In this document: piece after piece, positions 60,029 to 64,000 of the stretch
How the letters are laid out: each line of letters opens with the position of its first letter
How positions within the stretch are numbered: the stretch's first letter is position 1
Assembly (NCBI GenBank): GCA_003208875.1
Contig: QCUR01000001.1
Span: forward strand, 64,001-128,000
Direction: 5' to 3'
From: Prochlorococcus sp. AG-679-M23
GTDB lineage: Bacteria > Cyanobacteriota > Cyanobacteriia > PCC-6307 > Cyanobiaceae
Length of the DNA: 64,000 bases
Program-made: the position numbers and the translations under genes
Notes under the pieces: model-generated
What the model was told of the DNA's origin: nothing
The model's database searches: none
Seen by the model: the letters and a program-made list of their open reading frames with translations, nothing else

Positions 60029-60712
60029 ATGATCGAGATCGAGGATACTTTGCAAAATGGAGTACCTAATGTAACTTTCAAAAATGTCAGTTTTTCATGG
60101 CCAGGAAAAAATGAGCATGTAATAAATAATTGTAATTTTTCTATTAATAAAACTGGGTTATGGATGATTGTTGGTAAAAATGGAAGCGGAAAGAGTACCT
60201 TGCTTAAGTTAATTAATGGACTTCTAAAACCAAGCAATGGAGTCATAAATAAATTAGCGAACATTGGGATGGTTTTTCAGAATCCTGATCATCAAATATT
60301 AATGCCAAACTGTAGGAGTGAACTTCTTCTGAATATTAATCAAAATTTAAGTAGAAAAGATATTTCTAATAAAATTGATATTGCTCTAAACAAGGTTGGA
60401 TTAGCTGGATTTGATAAAAGGTCGATTCATACATTAAGTGGCGGTCAAAAACAACGTTTAACTATTGCATCTTCATTGATAAGTGATAAGAATTTCATTC
60501 TTATGGATGAGCCCACAGCGCTATTAGATAGTTCTAGTCAATTAGCAGTTTTAAAAATAATTAAGGGCCTTACAAAGAATAAAAGAAACCCATTCACTGC
60601 TTTATGGATTACTCATCGTTTAGAGGAATTAAGTTATGCAGATGCAGTTGCAGAGATGAAGAATGGAAATTTATCAGATTGGCAGAAACCATTTAACTTT
60701 CAATATAATTAA
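60029..60712 (+). CDS. ABC/ECF-type transporter ATP-binding protein (CbiO-like)
   Basis: GKNGSGKST, VFQNPDHQ, LSGGQKQR, MDEPTA. Confidence 0.9.
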   Translation: MIEIEDTLQNGVPNVTFKNVSFSWPGKNEHVINNCNFSINKTGLWMIVGKNGSGKSTLLKLINGLLKPSNGVINKLANIGMVFQNPDHQILMPNCRSELLLNINQNLSRKDISNKIDIALNKVGLAGFDKRSIHTLSGGQKQRLTIASSLISDKNFILMDEPTALLDSSSQLAVLKIIKGLTKNKRNPFTALWITHRLEELSYADAVAEMKNGNLSDWQKPFNFQYN

Positions 60713-60761
60713 GGTTTACCCCTTGTCATAAGGTACATGTAAGAGTTAAATTTTTATATGT

Positions 60762-60833
<72 letters not shown>

Positions 60834-60859
60834 TTTATTTCTCCTTAATAAGAGGTATT

Positions 60860-60881
60860 GAGATCTTCGGGTCTCTTTTTT
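60860..60881 (+). terminator. Rho-independent terminator after tRNA-Asn
   Basis: GAGATC-TTCG-GGTCTC hairpin followed by a T run. Confidence 0.75.
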
Positions 60882-60945
60882 ATTTGAAATACAACTAACT
60901 AAAGAGGAAAACTTTAAAAGCGCCTCATAACCCACTTCTAAAGAA

Positions 60946-61305
60946 TTAATCATCCCACATGTCTTGTTTAATCTGTTCGATATTATTTTTTTCAAGCAAT
61001 TCTAATCTATGCTCTTTTGAATCTTCTTCAAAATTTTGTAAGTTTTCGTTGTTTGCAAATTTTTGTTGAATCTCCAAAATTATAATCTCAAATTGATCAC
61101 CATAAAATTTAGACATTTCCATCCATGCTTCCATTTCCTCCTCTTTTCCAATTGTGTCGTTTATCTGATGGCTAATTATTTCTAAAACAAATTCTTTTAA
61201 CTCTCTATGGCTCATGCATTCAACTTTTTTTTGAATATAAAGTTCTTTGAGATGTTGTAACTGCTTTTTAGATAAATCGGTGTAAGTAATAGATTTCTTT
61301 TTCAT
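60946..61305 (-). CDS. Conserved hypothetical protein
   Basis: 119-aa helical ORF ending DMWDD. Confidence 0.75.
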   Translation of the reverse strand: MKKKSITYTDLSKKQLQHLKELYIQKKVECMSHRELKEFVLEIISHQINDTIGKEEEMEAWMEMSKFYGDQFEIIILEIQQKFANNENLQNFEEDSKEHRLELLEKNNIEQIKQDMWDD

Positions 61306-61730
61306 TAATATTCAGTTTGTTTTTATAATTAAGTTAACAATTAGCATCTAAAAAAGATTTTCAGTCACAAATAATTTACATATTATTCTACGAAAAAAAT
61401 CTAGTTTAAAAACAAAAGATTTAAATTGGTATGATAACAATCACCTGAATTTATTACTTTCATATATTTTAATATCCATGTTTTGATTAGAATTTATCTA
61501 CCATTACTTGCCGATTTATATTGAATTATTAAGTAATTATTAAGCAAATCGAAAGAATTCATAAAATTTATATTTTCTTTTTAGTTGATATTTCCCTCTA
61601 ATCCCTTGAAGTAATTAGTTTTTTTATTGTAATAACTTATATAAGTCTTTAAATTAGGTCTGCAATAAATGCAAAATGTTGAGAGAATCGTTATACAAAA
61701 TCTTAATTTCAGTTTAATAATCGGTCAGAT

Positions 61731-62486
61731 ATGAAAATTTCAATCCTATTAATAGAAGATGATCGTGATATGCGTGAATTAGTATCTGGTCATCTTGAGC
61801 ATTCTGGTTTTGATGTTCAAAAAGCTGAAGATGGTATTAAAGGTCAAGCTTTAGCTCTTCAATATTCTCCTGACTTAATTCTTCTAGATTTAATGTTACC
61901 TAGCGTTGATGGTTTGACATTATGCCAAAGACTGCGGAGAGATGAAAGAACTTCAAATATTCCCATATTAATGATTACAGCTTTGGGTGGACTTAAAGAT
62001 AAAGTTACTGGATTTAATTCAGGTGCCGATGATTACATCACAAAACCATTTGATTTAGAGGAATTATACGTTCGTATTAAAGCTTTATTGAGAAGAACTA
62101 ATAGAGCACAATTGAATTCAACTAATCAACAAGAAATTTTAAATTATGGACCTCTTACTCTTGTTCCGGAAAGATTTGAAGCTATTTGGTTCGAATCTGC
62201 CGTAAGACTTACCCATTTAGAATTTGAGCTACTTCACTGTTTGCTGCAAAGACATGGTCAAACAGTCTCTCCAGCACTGATATTAAAGGAAGTATGGGGT
62301 TATGAACCTGACGATGATATAGAGACAATTAGAGTTCATGTAAGACATTTAAGAACGAAATTAGAACCTGACCCTCGCAAGCCAAAATATATAAAAACTG
62401 TTTATGGAGCGGGATATTGCCTTGAGCTACCTGCGGTAGCTCAGGTTGATAATGGTATGCAAGAGTTTGCTGAATCTACAAATTAA
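61731..62486 (+). CDS. rpaA: OmpR-family response regulator RpaA
   Basis: [48 protein letters not shown]; next to holB. Confidence 0.92.
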   Translation: MKISILLIEDDRDMRELVSGHLEHSGFDVQKAEDGIKGQALALQYSPDLILLDLMLPSVDGLTLCQRLRRDERTSNIPILMITALGGLKDKVTGFNSGADDYITKPFDLEELYVRIKALLRRTNRAQLNSTNQQEILNYGPLTLVPERFEAIWFESAVRLTHLEFELLHCLLQRHGQTVSPALILKEVWGYEPDDDIETIRVHVRHLRTKLEPDPRKPKYIKTVYGAGYCLELPAVAQVDNGMQEFAESTN

Positions 62487-62515
62487 AACTTAATCAAATG
62501 AGTAATTAAGTAAAT

Positions 62516-63475
62516 TTACAAATCTTCAATTGATATTTTTAATAAAGTTACTTCCCATGCTAGTCGTGGTTGTATAAAACCTTTAAGATGTACCTTCAAA
62601 TCTTCTAGTTTTTTGACTATGTTTTTGTTTCTAGTTTTTGCCCAACATTTTTGTTGTACAAAATTTATTAAAAACATTTGTTGATCAATATCTAGTTCTT
62701 CAGATATTAATTTTGTTATTTTTAGTATTTCTAAATTATCACTTAATGGAAAGTCCAGGTTTTCTTTAATTGCATTTGGTAATTGGTTCCAAATTTTTAT
62801 ATCTTTCAGTATTTTTCCTGGAGAGCCATTTGCTGAATTAATAAAATATTCTAAATCTATTTCTTTATAAATATCAAAAACTGTAGAATCTAAATTATTT
62901 CTTATGAAAATCTCAAGCTGTTTATATGAAAAAGATTTAAATCTTATAAGTTGACATCTTGAGATAATAGTATCCAAAAGTAAGTTTAACCTAGAAGTTA
63001 AAAGAATAAATATACCGTTAGAGGGCTCTTCTAGTGTTTTTAAAAGACAATTAGATGCTGCTTCATTCATAAGGTGAGCATCATCAATTAATACAATTTT
63101 TCCACCTGATTCAATGGATTTTTGACCTAAAAAAGTCTTTAAATTTCTAATTTGCTCTATCCTTATTGTTTCTTTATTATTTTTTGTAGGTTCAGCTTCT
63201 GAACGATTTATAAGATTACCTTTAAAAAAATAGGTAGGCTCAATTAATAAGAAATCAGGGTGGTTTTTATCTATGATTTTTTTTTCAATGTTTGAATTAG
63301 ATGAATATTTATTAAAAATTTCCATAATAAATTTCATAGCGGTTTGTTTTTTTCCTATACCTTCCGGACCATAAAATATATAACCGTTGGAAAATGCTTT
63401 TCTCTTAAGTATGCTTTCTAGATTTTCATTAACTTCCTTATTAATTAAAAAATTCTTAGCTTTAAGATCAATCAT
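62516..63475 (-). CDS. holB: DNA polymerase III subunit delta'
   Basis: [30 protein letters not shown]. Confidence 0.94.
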   Translation of the reverse strand: MIDLKAKNFLINKEVNENLESILKRKAFSNGYIFYGPEGIGKKQTAMKFIMEIFNKYSSNSNIEKKIIDKNHPDFLLIEPTYFFKGNLINRSEAEPTKNNKETIRIEQIRNLKTFLGQKSIESGGKIVLIDDAHLMNEAASNCLLKTLEEPSNGIFILLTSRLNLLLDTIISRCQLIRFKSFSYKQLEIFIRNNLDSTVFDIYKEIDLEYFINSANGSPGKILKDIKIWNQLPNAIKENLDFPLSDNLEILKITKLISEELDIDQQMFLINFVQQKCWAKTRNKNIVKKLEDLKVHLKGFIQPRLAWEVTLLKISIEDL

Positions 63476-64000
63476 TGTTTACTCGAGAAAACTTGTTTAG
63501 TAAGGTTTCTTTTATTTCATTAGTGATAGTATTTATATCCTGTGCAGCAGATATTGTTGTCCAATTTTTTTCTTTTGCAATCAACTTAAAACCTTCATTA
63601 ACTTTTTCTAGGAATTTTATCCCTTCAGATTCCATCCTATCTGGAATAAACTTTTCCCTTCGTAATACACTTTCTTCTGCTGAAATTTCTAGAAAAATAG
63701 TCAGGTCTGGGTATTCTCCTCGACAAACAATAGATTCGATATTTTTGATAATCTCAAGATTTATATTTCTACCATAACCTTGATAAGCAAGTGTAGAGTC
63801 ACAAAATCTATCGCTAAGTACCCAGTCTTGATTTTCTAAAGCAGGTGATATGGTTTTGGAAATATGTTCTGCTCTATCAGCAGAATAAAGCAATAATTCA
63901 GCCAGAGAAGAAGGTTTATTATCTTCATTATTATCAAGTATTAAATTTCTAATTTTTTTTCCTAATGAGCTTCCTCCAGGTTCTCTAGTTTTTACTAATT
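63468..64000 (-). CDS. tmk: Thymidylate kinase (5' truncated by window)
   Basis: Frame stays open to window end: TREPGG...[27 protein letters not shown]. Confidence 0.95.
   Translation of the reverse strand, partial: LVKTREPGGSSLGKKIRNLILDNNEDNKPSSLAELLLYSADRAEHISKTISPALENQDWVLSDRFCDSTLAYQGYGRNINLEIIKNIESIVCRGEYPDLTIFLEISAEESVLRREKFIPDRMESEGIKFLEKVNEGFKLIAKEKNWTTISAAQDINTITNEIKETLLNKFSRVNND

Noticed and set aside
60834..61730. Possible island downstream of tRNA-Asn
   Set aside because: No partial tRNA repeat or integrase found; only one hypothetical gene and the AT-rich rpaA upstream region

Overview
Low-GC cyanobacterial chromosome segment. Gene content and order (accC-yggT-psbX-ycf66-hli, sufBCDS, pgm-rarA, ktrBA, nadB-VKOR-rimO-petL, crtQ-iscA, ndhO, cysK, tRNA-Asn, rpaA-holB-tmk) match the core genome of high-light Prochlorococcus; this assignment is from recognition, not from a search. 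About 70 CDS and two tRNAs (Leu-AAG, Asn-GTT) are present. I found no rRNA, CRISPR array, integrase or transposase. The one clearly accessory element is a ~1.65 kb mini-island (about 1710-3457) carrying a single Som-type porin. It is bracketed by a direct repeat of the promoter, leader and 5' half of tRNA-Leu(AAG). Other points of interest are a divergent pair of ribbon-helix-helix-like genes around a long inverted repeat, next to a Nif11-leader-like ORF; a pterin-related operon (dual-domain Cx5HGH PTPS, RibD-like reductase, GNAT, DUF4346); and four small genes missed by the ORF track (petL, an hli, a 56-aa membrane protein, a 47-aa twin-CxxxC protein). All product calls come from motifs and recalled synteny; no database was searched.
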